Part shown: positions 21,830-31,110 of the stretch, piece after piece | How positions within the stretch are numbered: the first letter of the stretch is position 1 | How the letters are laid out: the number at the start of each line of letters is the position of its first letter | Assembly (NCBI GenBank): GCA_965203485.1 | Contig: OZ241892.1 | Span: 2,176,001-2,240,000 of the forward strand | Reading direction: 5' to 3' | Source of the DNA: Longimicrobiales bacterium | GTDB lineage: Bacteria > Gemmatimonadota > Gemmatimonadetes > Longimicrobiales > Gaopeijiaceae | Length of the DNA: 64,000 bases | Made by a program: the position numbers and the translations under genes | The notes under the pieces: model-generated | What the model was told of the DNA's origin: nothing | The model's input: the letters and a program-made list of their open reading frames with translations, nothing else | The model's database searches: none

Positions 21830-23080
21830 CTACCCCGCCTGCGCCCGCAAGCGCTGGCGCTTCACGTAGGTCGCCGTCCGCCACGCCCACTCCAGCGGCC
21901 CGAAGCGGAAACGCGCCAGCCACCAGGGCGACCACAGCAGCTGGAGGCCCCACACGGCCGCCACGACGCCGAGCTGCTCCAGCCGCCCCAGCCGCCCGAA
22001 CAACCCCAGCCCGTGCCCGTAGAAGACCAGCGTGCAGACGACGCTCTGAGCCACGTAGTTGGTCAGCGCCATCCGCCCCGCCGCCGCCAGCCTCCGCTGC
22101 AACCCCGCGAGCCGGCCGGTGCGGGCCGCCAGCATGACGAGGCCCAGGTACGCCGCCGCCACCCCCAGCGATCCCACGTAGTTGAACAGCTGCCCCTGGA
22201 ACATCGACGCCTCCATCGCAAAGCCCGCGCGCACATTGTAGACCATTCCGAGCACGATCACGGGGAACCCCAAGCCCGCGCCCGTCGCCGCCATGCGCTT
22301 GTAGAACCCGGGCGAGCGCGCCGCCGACAGCACTCCCCACCGGTAGAGGGCCATTCCGACCAGCATCGCCCCTCCCGCTCGCCAGAGGAAGAAGCTCAGG
22401 AACACGACGGTCTCCATGCCCAGAGCCTCCTCGGAACGAAGAGGCTGCTGCTCCAGCCATCCGCCCCGGTACGCCTCGATCTCGGCGTCCATCGCGTCGC
22501 GCGACGGCGCCCACTCCCGCTCCTGCACCGCGCGTTCCTCCGCCGGCCAGTACGGGACCGACGCCCCGAAGCCGCCCCACAGCGGAAGCACCACGGCGAT
22601 CACGCAGGCGCCCAGTGCCAGCAGCCGCCGGGGCCGCAGGTTGCGGAGCGGATAGAGGAGCATGCCGCAGAGCGCGTACGCCACGAGGATGTCGCCCATC
22701 CAGATCAAGTGCGCGTGGGCCAGCCCGATGGCCACCAGCCACAGATGGCGCCGGTAGTGCAAGCCGGGCGCCGCCGGCAGTCCCCGGGCCGCCAAGCGGT
22801 CCGAGGCCATCGCGATTCCGGCCCCGAAGAGCGCCGAGAACAGCGTCAGGAACTTGGCCTCCGCGAACAGGTGCACCGCGCCCCAGGCCCAGAACTCCAC
22901 GCCCTCGAGCCTTCCGTCCACAAAGGGGTTCAGGTACGCCGCCCCCACCGTCGCGAAGGCGCCGACGTTGACCAGCAGGATGCCCATCAACGCGAACCCG
23001 CGCAGGACGTCGATGGCGACGATGCGCTCGGAGGCTGCGGTGGGGACGGCCTTCGCGGACGGGGCGGCGGGCATGGACAT
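21830..23080 (-). CDS. DUF418 (YeiB-like) membrane protein
   Basis: IDVLRGFALMGILLVN, FSALFGAG, GRMALTNYVAQS, FGPLEWAWR. Confidence 0.9.
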   Translation of the reverse strand: MSMPAAPSAKAVPTAASERIVAIDVLRGFALMGILLVNVGAFATVGAAYLNPFVDGRLEGVEFWAWGAVHLFAEAKFLTLFSALFGAGIAMASDRLAARGLPAAPGLHYRRHLWLVAIGLAHAHLIWMGDILVAYALCGMLLYPLRNLRPRRLLALGACVIAVVLPLWGGFGASVPYWPAEERAVQEREWAPSRDAMDAEIEAYRGGWLEQQPLRSEEALGMETVVFLSFFLWRAGGAMLVGMALYRWGVLSAARSPGFYKRMAATGAGLGFPVIVLGMVYNVRAGFAMEASMFQGQLFNYVGSLGVAAAYLGLVMLAARTGRLAGLQRRLAAAGRMALTNYVAQSVVCTLVFYGHGLGLFGRLGRLEQLGVVAAVWGLQLLWSPWWLARFRFGPLEWAWRTATYVKRQRLRAQAG

Positions 23081-23146
23081 GGACGTTCCTAGCGGGATCG
23101 CGGGCGCTGGCGGCGGGTCGGCGCCGGGACGTTAACATGGGCGCCG

Positions 23147-23174
23147 GGACGCTGGAATGCGCAAACGGGCCGCC
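23147..23174 (+). repeat. 28-bp direct repeat, copy 1 (copy 2 at 30545-30572)
   Basis: GGACGCTGGAATGCGCAAACGGGCCGCC vs GGACGCCGGAATGCGCAAACAGGCCGCC, 2 mismatches. Confidence 0.7.
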
Positions 23175-23270
23175 CGGTGAGGAGAGCGCGTGTCCGCAGC
23201 CCAGGCGAGTCCCAGCCCGGGCTGGACTGGATCACGGCACGCCGCCACGTGCAACTCGCCTAGCCGGGCG

Positions 23271-23296
23271 GGAACCTTCTTCGCCACCCCCGTGTA
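23271..23296 (+). promoter_or_regulatory. ECF-sigma-like promoter GGAAC-N17-TGTA
   Basis: GGAAC CTTCTTCGCCACCCCCG TGTA; same architecture at 53285, 54284 and 63903. Confidence 0.45.
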
Positions 23297-23299
23297 CCA

Positions 23300-23979
23300 A
23301 AGACTGAAGGCACCGCCCGTCTGGCGGTTGCCGTCCCGCTGGCCCTGCTCGTTGCCGCCTGCGACGGTCCGATCGTCGGCGTGGACGGCGTGGCCATGTC
23401 GAACCGCCAACACTGCTCTGGCGGTTCTCAAATGCCGACGTGACGAACGAGAAGCGCAACGCCTACAGCTGGACCGGCCGCGCCGTGTCCACGGGAAGGG
23501 TGCGAGTCTCGGGCGCCGCGGCCGGCAACAGCTTCACGATGACCGAGACGGTGACGGTCGAGGACCGCGGATGGCAATGGCCCGTGACGACGAGATGGGC
23601 CTTGGGCTCGGAGCTGGACGGTTGCGTGAGCTGGCCGGGCAAGAGCGGCGCCACGCGCCCAGCCAACTGCGCCGACGGGTGGATCGACGAGGACGGGTTT
23701 TCCGTTGTGCAGGGCTCGGGACCTTGGGCGGGCCTGCACTACGTGACGAACCCCGCGGCCAGCCTGGACATCGTCGCGGCGCTCAACCCCAGATACCGAG
23801 CGAACGGCCCGTCGCATCCCTTGAGGGGGCACCAAAGGCTCGTCACGGCCTGCCGCAGCCGGTACCCAGCCTCGATCTTGATCAACATTTCAGTTCTGGA
23901 TGTTCGAGTCGGTAGCCCGGCGATGGGGCTGGGGCACGATTACGGTCCGGCACTAGCAGAGAAAGGGACGAAATCATGA
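23300..23979 (+). pseudogene. Degraded secreted/lipoprotein gene
   Basis: Signal/lipobox LAVAVPLALLVAAC near 23320-23365 is out of frame with the 23440-23979 piece (SWTGRAVSTGRVRV...VTVEDRGWQW). Confidence 0.45.
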
Positions 23980-25085
23980 AGCTTCCAATCATCGGACTGC
24001 TCGCGGTCGCCGCCAGCTTGGCCGCGCAACCCACGATCGCCGCCCAGGAAAGACCGTCTCCGCCGACGCCGACCGCTGCGTTGGCGGGACTCCGCGCGGA
24101 GCGCTCCGCCGACGCCGTCGCGATTCTGACGCAACTGCACGGCCCCCGGCCGCAAAGCGAGCTGGACGCCTTCGCCGACAGCTTGGTCGCGTTGGCAATC
24201 GCGGGCTACTTATCCGGCGCCCCGGGCGGCGCAGATGCTGAGGTCGCATTGTCGATTTCGGCGTTTCCGGAAGAGCAGAACGCCATCCCCTATGCCGGTG
24301 CCTACGACGCCATCGAGCGCATCTTCACAGCGACGGAGTCTGGAGCCCCGCTGGGTGCGATGGCCGACATCGACCCGCGCCGGGCGCTGCGGCTCATCCT
24401 CGAACTCGTTCGGAAAGACGACTTCGTCGCCTGCATCGCAAGGCTTAGGCTCGTACAGATGGACGAGGGAAAGGAACTCGCGCGCGAGCTGAGCGACAGC
24501 GGCGCATTCGTGCACTGGTGCCCGGGGGACGGCCTCCGCGAAGAAGTCACCATCGCGCTGGACCCTCCTGTGTCGTCGCCCGACTACATCCTGGCGATCC
24601 TGAAGATGGAGAATGCCGACGGCGTCGAGCTGGCCGTGGCCTTCCTGACCCAGATCGAGGGACGGTGGGAAGCCGAAGCCCTGGACGCCTTCGCCGACAG
24701 CTTGGTCGCCCTGGCGGCGCTCGGCGACAACGAAAGCCCGCTTGCCGGGCGAGCCCTCGAAGCGCTGGAGAAGTCGGCGCTTCCCGTCCACCCGGCCGCA
24801 TGGCCGTACGCACGCGCCTACGACGCCGTGACGCGGGTCTTCGAGGCCACGGGGTCGCAGGCCGCCCTCGAGTCGTTGGCGAGGATCGACGCCGACCGCG
24901 CCTCCGCCTTCCTGGCCGAAGCAACGCGCCGAGACGACCTCTTGTCGTGCAAGGCGCGCACCGTCTTGGCGAGGCTGGCGAACGGTCCCCGCCTGCTCCG
25001 CGAACTCGAGGCCGCGGGCGCGTTGAAGTTCCGATGCGAGGAAGACTTGCAACGAGCCTTCTCGGTGAGCCCGCAGGCGACTTGA
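23976..25085 (+). CDS. Secreted hypothetical protein made of two tandem homologous helical domains
   Basis: Signal peptide; LDAFADSLVALA, PYAxAYDA and RxDDxxxCxAR each occur twice. Confidence 0.75.
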   Translation: MKLPIIGLLAVAASLAAQPTIAAQERPSPPTPTAALAGLRAERSADAVAILTQLHGPRPQSELDAFADSLVALAIAGYLSGAPGGADAEVALSISAFPEEQNAIPYAGAYDAIERIFTATESGAPLGAMADIDPRRALRLILELVRKDDFVACIARLRLVQMDEGKELARELSDSGAFVHWCPGDGLREEVTIALDPPVSSPDYILAILKMENADGVELAVAFLTQIEGRWEAEALDAFADSLVALAALGDNESPLAGRALEALEKSALPVHPAAWPYARAYDAVTRVFEATGSQAALESLARIDADRASAFLAEATRRDDLLSCKARTVLARLANGPRLLRELEAAGALKFRCEEDLQRAFSVSPQAT

Positions 25086-25100
25086 AGGCCGACTACGAGG

Positions 25101-25508
25101 TCAAGCCGGTTCGCCGCTGGCAACTTCGTAGACCAAGCGGGCGCCCTCGAATGCCTCCCGGGCGTCGTCCGGCCCGTAGAACTGGCTGGGCGTGAGGTCC
25201 TCGCTGCCGTAGAACGCGAGTTCCCGGTCTCGGCGCAACCCGCGCGAGATCCGCACCAAGTCGTCGAGACGGCGACGGACGCGCTCGGGCAACCGAGACG
25301 CGTTCTCGACCAAGACTCCGCTCACGTCGTGGACGCGGGGCGGCTCCACCCCGGCGCGGCGCAGCGCCGCCTTGAGGCAGATCTCGACGACCTCCTGCGA
25401 CTCCCGCACCACGTCGGCCCAGCTCTCCTCGTCCATGAGCACGGCGACGGCCTTGAGCCGGCTTCGCGCCCGGCGCAGATAGTCGGCCGCCAAGTCAGGG
25501 TTTCTCAA
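25101..25508 (-). CDS. HEPN domain protein (toxin of MNT-HEPN pair)
   Basis: VVRESQEVVEICLKAAL, PPRVHDV, RRDRELAFYG. Confidence 0.85.
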   Translation of the reverse strand: MRNPDLAADYLRRARSRLKAVAVLMDEESWADVVRESQEVVEICLKAALRRAGVEPPRVHDVSGVLVENASRLPERVRRRLDDLVRISRGLRRDRELAFYGSEDLTPSQFYGPDDAREAFEGARLVYEVASGEPA

Positions 25509-26109
25509 CGTCTTCGCCTCCCCGCAACCAATACGGCTGCCCGTGCGCCCGCCGCCGCCGCAAGACCCCTTCCGCCATCAGGTCGCGGGCCTCGGATATC
25601 CAGCGCGAGACCGCGCAACTCCGCTGCCACAGAACGACGCCGTGAAGCGCGGCCTCCAGCCAAAGCCCGCCTCCCCCGTCCGCGGCTCCGGGCCGCCCGG
25701 CAGGGAGCACGGCGAAGTGGGGGTTCACCTGGGCGCCCAACGCTCTGATCTCGAGGGCCGGGGCGAGCGTGCGATCCCACGCCGCGTAGCGCTCCCGGCC
25801 CAGCGCGGCGCCGTCCCGAAGGACGAGCAGCAAGTCCACATCCGAGCCGGGGCCGTCCCAGCCCTGCGCCCGAGAGCCGAACAGCGCCACGCCCTCCAGC
25901 TCCTCGCCCACGGCGTCGACAATGACGGCGGCCGCGGCCTGCCAAGTTCGCGAGTGTCCGGGCGCCGCATCCTCCACCAAGTCCCGCAACGCTTCGGCGC
26001 AGTACCTGTTGAGGGACTTGCCCGCCTCCCCGGCCCGCCGTCGCAACGCAAGGTGCAACGCCGGGGCGACCCGCAGCAGGAAACGGCCAGAAGCCGGTTT
26101 GGAGGACAT
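25495..26109 (-). CDS. HicB-like RHH domain fused to a minimal nucleotidyltransferase (MNT antitoxin)
   Basis: SGRFLLRVAPALHLAL...GKSLNRYC (HicB RHH) plus LFGSRAQG...SDVDLLLV (pol-beta NTase). Confidence 0.85.
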   Translation of the reverse strand: MSSKPASGRFLLRVAPALHLALRRRAGEAGKSLNRYCAEALRDLVEDAAPGHSRTWQAAAAVIVDAVGEELEGVALFGSRAQGWDGPGSDVDLLLVLRDGAALGRERYAAWDRTLAPALEIRALGAQVNPHFAVLPAGRPGAADGGGGLWLEAALHGVVLWQRSCAVSRWISEARDLMAEGVLRRRRAHGQPYWLRGGEDVEKP

Positions 26110-26111
26110 GA

Positions 26112-26146
26112 CGATATCATGATATCAGCGTGAGGGCAGCCGGTCA
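26112..26146 (-). promoter_or_regulatory. Sigma70-like promoter with overlapping palindromic operator; probably near-leaderless
   Basis: Minus strand TTGACC-17 nt-TATCAT, 8 nt before ATG 26109; perfect palindrome GATATCATGATATC at 26113-26126. Confidence 0.7.
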
Positions 26147-26219
26147 ACGTCATGCCCCCGGCCGACGCGCCGCAGCGGGCTCGGGACAAGCGTGAATCGC
26201 AGATGTCGAACGAGCTTCG

Positions 26220-28745
26220 TCAAGCAAGCATGGCGTTGAGCCGCTGCGTCCACTCGTCCTCGTCCACGACCTCGAAGCGCACGACCTTCTCGCGCATCGC
26301 CGGCGCGAACTCGGCCCAGTCCTTCTGCTTGGCGAACTCCGAGCACGTGTCGAATACGGACCGCTTGTACTCCGTGTCCTCCGACTGCTTGAGGTGCAGG
26401 CCCTTGGTCTCCAGCACGAACACGTCGCCGAAGCCCCCGCCGTCGCCCGGCGGCTCGGCCTTCAGCGCCAGCACGAAGTCCGCATAGACGCGTCTGGGCT
26501 TCCAGCCCTGCAAGTAGTAGTCCTTGCGGCTCCGGTTGCGATACCAGAAGAACAGCCGCGCCTGCTGGTCCAGATAGGTGGCCACCGACGTCTCGAGCGT
26601 GTTCAGATCCTCTTCGCGGGTCCGGTCGTACAGGTTGAGGACGAACTGGCTGCCGTCGGTTCGGTTCGCTTGCTTTCCGCTTCCGATCTCCACCTCAGCC
26701 GGCGGACGGTTGAACGCCAGGTCGTCGGCCACGACGAGGAACCGCATGGCGCCGCGTTCCAGCATGTCGAAGAAGGCGTTGCGCGATAATCGGTCCCGCT
26801 CTCCCTCCAGCCGCTTGCGCAGTTCTTCCAGGACGAACATGTAGCTCTCTTGGACCTGCCCGCGCGGATGCTTGTCCAGCAATGCTTCGAACACGCTCTT
26901 GGCGGCCTCGGCGCCGCGCCACGGATTCGGCATGCCGTTCAGCAGGTGGCTGGCGGCGAAGTAGTAGTCGATCACGTCTTCGTCTTCGCTGGTCGCGCCG
27001 TTGCCGGCGGCGAGAAACCGATCGGTAGGCGCCGCCCCGTCCAGTCCGGTGCGCAGATCGAAGCTGTCGCCGCGCTCGGCGCCCAAGGACAAGCCGAACA
27101 GCGGGCTCACGTCCACGTCGTTCCACGCAACCCGCGGCAGGATGTCGGTCTCGTACCGCACCGGCCGCCAGTTGGCGCCGTCCTTGATCATGAACGCAGG
27201 AAGCACGAAGTCGCGAACGGCGTGGCGAAAGCGTTCGCGCGGCTTGGCCACCACCGGCCTCCTTGGCCCGAGAGACTCGTCGTCGTCCACGATCTTGCCC
27301 TCCAGCCCCTGCAAGCCCTCCAGCCCGAACCCCTTGCGCACCTGCCGTAGCAGTTCCGCTCCCCGGCGCTGGTAGCAGAACACGTAGCTCTCGTCGAGCC
27401 AGCGCACGCCGGTCTTGCGGGCGTACGGCTGGCGCAGGATGCGGCCCACCAGCTGCGTCAGCGCGCTCCTCGACTGCGGGTTGGTCAGGATCGCCAGGAC
27501 GTAGGCGAAGGAGCAGTCCCAGCCTTCCTGCAACGCCTGCTTCGTGATGATGAAGCGGATCGGGCAGTTCCTGGCGAGCAGGCCGCCGACCTCGTCCACC
27601 GCCTTGAGTTCGTCCCTTTGGCTCGTCTTGACGGCGATGTGCTCGGGGCGGACGTCCGGATGCCGCAACAGGTACTCCCTCGCGTCCTCCGCGTGCACGA
27701 CGCCGGTCCGGCGCTGCGTCCGCCCCGTGCGCTCCACCTGTATCACGCATATCGGGCGAATGTGCTCGCCGGTCTCGGCCTGGTGCGCGAGGGCCTCGTC
27801 TTCCAACATCTTGCGATGCTCCAGCGACGCCAGCAACGTGTCCTCCCACGCGGCGCTCCGGCTGTTCTTGATGTGCAGGTCCAGCTTGATCATCTCTTCG
27901 GCGTGGAGCTCCCGCCCGGAGATGCTCACCAGCACGTTCGCTTCCTCCGGCGGCGTGGCCGACAGCTCGACGATCATGCAGGGATTGAAGCCTTCCAGCG
28001 TGTCCTTGGCGTTTCGGCTGTACGCCTTGTGCCCTTCGTCGAGGATGATCAGCGGACGCAGCAGGCGCAACGCGTTGCCCAACGACGTCTTGGCCTGCCG
28101 TCCCCACACGCCTCCTTGCCGCTCGAAGGCGTCCAGGTTCGGCACCCTCTCCATCAACCTTCTGTGGCCTTCCGCGTCGTTGTCGGCGGGAAAGAAGCGA
28201 TCGTAGCCCCCGCTGTCCCGGAACATGCGAAGTTGCGCCTTCGTCCGGCGGTTGGCGGACGGAAGCATCAGCACAAGAATGCAGAGCTTCTCCGCCACGT
28301 CGCGCGGACCGAATCCCTTGGTCTTGTCGAGAACGAGCGTGCGCCCGGCCGACAGGATGTCCAGCTGCTGCCGGTAGGGATGGCCCCTGTCCTTGAGCGC
28401 CCGAAGCGTCTGGTTGTAGATCTGCGTCGTCGGAACGATCCAGAGCACCAAGCCGGACTGTCCGCGGCGGAAGCGCGTGTGGACCAGGTCGATCACCTTG
28501 ACGGCCAGCAACGTCTTGCCGCCGCCGGTCGGAATCTTGAGACAGAAGGCAGGCAACGGCTCGCCCAGGCCGTTTCGCCGGGCCACGTACCGGTGCGACG
28601 AGAAGCCCTTCTCCCACGCCTTCGCCGCCCAGTCGAAGCCGAACTCGGGATCCAGCGTGGCCGCCTTGTCCCGCCACTCCGCCAAGCGCTCCAGGTGCTC
28701 CCCGACGATCGAAAGCGTTCGCTTCTGGTATTCCTTGAGGATCAC
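26220..28745 (-). CDS. res: Type III restriction enzyme Res subunit (SF2 helicase + PD-(D/E)xK nuclease)
   Basis: LKEYQK, KIPTGGGKT, IILDEGH, ELSATP, ALQEGWD, QLVGRILRQPY, YADFV...LETKG; GTG overlaps the mod TGA. Confidence 0.9.
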   Translation of the reverse strand: MILKEYQKRTLSIVGEHLERLAEWRDKAATLDPEFGFDWAAKAWEKGFSSHRYVARRNGLGEPLPAFCLKIPTGGGKTLLAVKVIDLVHTRFRRGQSGLVLWIVPTTQIYNQTLRALKDRGHPYRQQLDILSAGRTLVLDKTKGFGPRDVAEKLCILVLMLPSANRRTKAQLRMFRDSGGYDRFFPADNDAEGHRRLMERVPNLDAFERQGGVWGRQAKTSLGNALRLLRPLIILDEGHKAYSRNAKDTLEGFNPCMIVELSATPPEEANVLVSISGRELHAEEMIKLDLHIKNSRSAAWEDTLLASLEHRKMLEDEALAHQAETGEHIRPICVIQVERTGRTQRRTGVVHAEDAREYLLRHPDVRPEHIAVKTSQRDELKAVDEVGGLLARNCPIRFIITKQALQEGWDCSFAYVLAILTNPQSRSALTQLVGRILRQPYARKTGVRWLDESYVFCYQRRGAELLRQVRKGFGLEGLQGLEGKIVDDDESLGPRRPVVAKPRERFRHAVRDFVLPAFMIKDGANWRPVRYETDILPRVAWNDVDVSPLFGLSLGAERGDSFDLRTGLDGAAPTDRFLAAGNGATSEDEDVIDYYFAASHLLNGMPNPWRGAEAAKSVFEALLDKHPRGQVQESYMFVLEELRKRLEGERDRLSRNAFFDMLERGAMRFLVVADDLAFNRPPAEVEIGSGKQANRTDGSQFVLNLYDRTREEDLNTLETSVATYLDQQARLFFWYRNRSRKDYYLQGWKPRRVYADFVLALKAEPPGDGGGFGDVFVLETKGLHLKQSEDTEYKRSVFDTCSEFAKQKDWAEFAPAMREKVVRFEVVDEDEWTQRLNAMLA

Positions 28746-30364
28746 GACGCCAGCTTGTCCACGGTCTCGTAGATCTCGAACGGCAACTGCGAGAACGTGA
28801 TTCGATGCATGTGCAGGAATTCCAAGTCCAGATACTTGGTGGGGGCGAAGATCAAGCGTTCGCGGCCGTTCTCCGGCAGATCTCGGGCGATGCCGAGCGT
28901 GAGAGCCAGGTTCTTGAGGACTTCGACGTCGGGATCGTAGATCAAGAACACGTCGTACTGCGTGCTCGCGCCGATGAACCATTTCTCCCGATCGATCTGG
29001 TCCGGATCGAACTCCTCGCCCGTCGCGGTGAAGAACACGTAGCCGGCCAGCTTGTCGTAGCCCGGAAGCCGCGACGGCCCGAACATCGACCTCCGTCGCA
29101 TGGGACGGCCCACCTCGAAGTAGCTGAACGTGCCGCCGAGCCCGGCTTCGAGGCGCTCGTCCTTGGCTCCCGGCACGCCCTTGGCAACCCGCCGCACGCG
29201 CTCGGCCGTCAACGTGTCGACGTAGTCCTCGCACTCCACCAGCACGAAGCGCCGGTTGCCGCCGTCCTCCTTGTTGAGGGCCAGGACGGCGTGAGCCGTG
29301 GTGCCGGAGCCCGCGAAGGAGTCGAGCACGACGGAGTCCTTGTCGGTGGCAATCTGGAGGATGCGCTTGACGAGGCTGCTCGGCTTGACCGTATCGAAGA
29401 CGTCCTCGGAGCGGTCGAAGTCGAGAATGGACACCAATTCCTTCTTGGCGGCCTGCGTGTTGCCAACGTCGGCGTGAAACCACATGGTTTGAGGCACAAC
29501 CCCCCGCCTCACCTCGTTCAGGTAGCGCTTCAAGCGCGGCATGCTGTTGCCGTCCGAACCCCACCAGATGCGGCCGTCCTTGTCGAGTTGCTCGAACTTT
29601 TCCGTCGATACGCGGAAGTAATTGCCCACCGACGGACGAAACTTCTTCCCCAAAGGACTGACGACTTCGTATGTGCCCTGGCTGTAGTAGTTGCGAGCAG
29701 TCAGATCGCTCGACGACCACTTGCCCCTAGGATCGTCGTCAGGATTCTTGTATCGATTCATTGCTCGCTCGCTCCGCTTCAACAGATTCGGCGACCATTC
29801 GGCGAGGTTGCGAGCATACGCCAGCACATAGTCATGATCTTCCGAGAAGTACTTGGCGGAATTCTTGGGCGAGAAGACCTTCTGCCAGATCGCGGTCGCC
29901 ACGAAGTTGTCCTCGCCGAACACTTCGTCCATCAGAAACCGCAACCGGTGCACTTCGTTGTCGTCGATGGAGACGAAGATTGCACCGTCGTCTGAGAGCA
30001 GTTCGCGCAACAGCGTTAGGCGCGGCAACATCATGCAGCACCACTTGTCGTGGCGCGTCAGATCCTCGCGGTCCACGATCTTGCCGAACCAGTCCTGCAT
30101 CATCGGTGAGTTCACCCTGTCGTTGTACGCCCACCCTTCGTTGCCGGTGTTGTACGGCGGGTCGATGTAGATGCACTTGACCTTGCCGTGATAGACCGGC
30201 AGAAGCGCCTTGAGGGCCGCCAAGTTGTCGCCCTCGACGATCAGGTTGTCGTGGAGGCTGGCCCTCGGGCTGGTCCCCTTGGCGCGAACCGGCTTCAGCT
30301 CGTGGAAAGGAACGACCAGATGGTGATTCTCGACGAAGACCTGCCCCTTGAATTGCAAACGCAT
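28742..30364 (-). CDS. mod: Type III R-M DNA methyltransferase Mod subunit
   Basis: VEGDNL, IYIDPPYNTG, IFVSIDDNE, VLDSFAGSGTTAHAVL. Confidence 0.93.
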   Translation of the reverse strand: MRLQFKGQVFVENHHLVVPFHELKPVRAKGTSPRASLHDNLIVEGDNLAALKALLPVYHGKVKCIYIDPPYNTGNEGWAYNDRVNSPMMQDWFGKIVDREDLTRHDKWCCMMLPRLTLLRELLSDDGAIFVSIDDNEVHRLRFLMDEVFGEDNFVATAIWQKVFSPKNSAKYFSEDHDYVLAYARNLAEWSPNLLKRSERAMNRYKNPDDDPRGKWSSSDLTARNYYSQGTYEVVSPLGKKFRPSVGNYFRVSTEKFEQLDKDGRIWWGSDGNSMPRLKRYLNEVRRGVVPQTMWFHADVGNTQAAKKELVSILDFDRSEDVFDTVKPSSLVKRILQIATDKDSVVLDSFAGSGTTAHAVLALNKEDGGNRRFVLVECEDYVDTLTAERVRRVAKGVPGAKDERLEAGLGGTFSYFEVGRPMRRRSMFGPSRLPGYDKLAGYVFFTATGEEFDPDQIDREKWFIGASTQYDVFLIYDPDVEVLKNLALTLGIARDLPENGRERLIFAPTKYLDLEFLHMHRITFSQLPFEIYETVDKLAS

Positions 30365-30544
30365 GTTTCTATCCGTGGCTTCCGGCTTGGCAACTGGCTC
30401 GAAGGGTGGAAGATATCGATCCGTGGCCGGCAGGCAAGCGGACCGCGATCGTCCGAAGCCCGTCGGTCGCCACTTGAAGCGTGGCCGAGGTCTGGCCTTG
30501 GGGACGGATTCGGTAGCGGGCCCAGAACGCCAGCGTGGTCTCCC

Positions 30545-30572
30545 GGACGCCGGAATGCGCAAACAGGCCGCC
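30545..30572 (+). repeat. 28-bp direct repeat, copy 2
   Basis: Matches 23147-23174 with 2 mismatches. Confidence 0.7.
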
Positions 30573-30678
30573 GTGGGCGGGGCGGGCCTCGGCTAGAAAG
30601 CCGCCCGCGAGCACCCGAGTGGCGTGGACTCGGGGCCCGCTACGCCTCGGCCGCGAGCGGCCCGATGGCAAAGGCGAG

Positions 30679-30709
30679 TGATATCATGATACCATGCTCA
30701 CGTCATGCC
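30679..30709 (-). promoter_or_regulatory. Second copy of the HicB-type operator with extended -10-like TGGTATCAT
   Basis: TGATATCATGATACCA; the 12-mer GATATCATGATA is identical to 26113-26124 and ACGTCATGCC is shared (30700-30709, 26147-26156). Confidence 0.45.
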
Positions 30710-30742
30710 AGCCCCTACGGGCCCCGGCCCAGCCGCCGATCT

Positions 30743-31110
30743 TCAAATGGGCTCCGTGTAGTCCAGCAAGTCGACGTTGTCGGGTCTCCTCTTGCCCTCT
30801 TGGAAGTACAGGGCCCGGAAGCGCTTCATCTGCTTGATCGCATCGATCAACGCCTTTTCCTGCCGCGAGTCGGCCACGTTCCTGACCAGCGCCTTCGCGT
30901 CGGCGTCGGTCAGCCGCAGCACCAGGTAGTTGGCCACGGCCGAGAACACCGACTTGTGGAAGTCGCGCGCTTCCTGCGACGCCAGCACCAGCGACACGCC
31001 GTACTTGCGGCATTCCTTGGCCATCGTGGGAACCACGCTGAGCTTCGCCGCCCGGTGGGCTTCGTCAAAGACGACGGCATGGGTGATCCGGTCCTTTATC
31101 CCGCGACGAC
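30743..31110 (-). pseudogene. C-terminal fragment of a HerA/FtsK-like (DUF87/DptH-like) ATPase
   Basis: HAVVFDEAH (Walker B), KECRKYGVSLVLASQ; no Walker A or start; abuts the kinase fragment. Confidence 0.7.

Noticed and set aside
28746..29720. N-terminal extension making Res 1166 aa
   Set aside because: It overlaps mod in another frame; the GTG at 28745 coupled to the mod stop and followed by LKEYQ is the plausible start.
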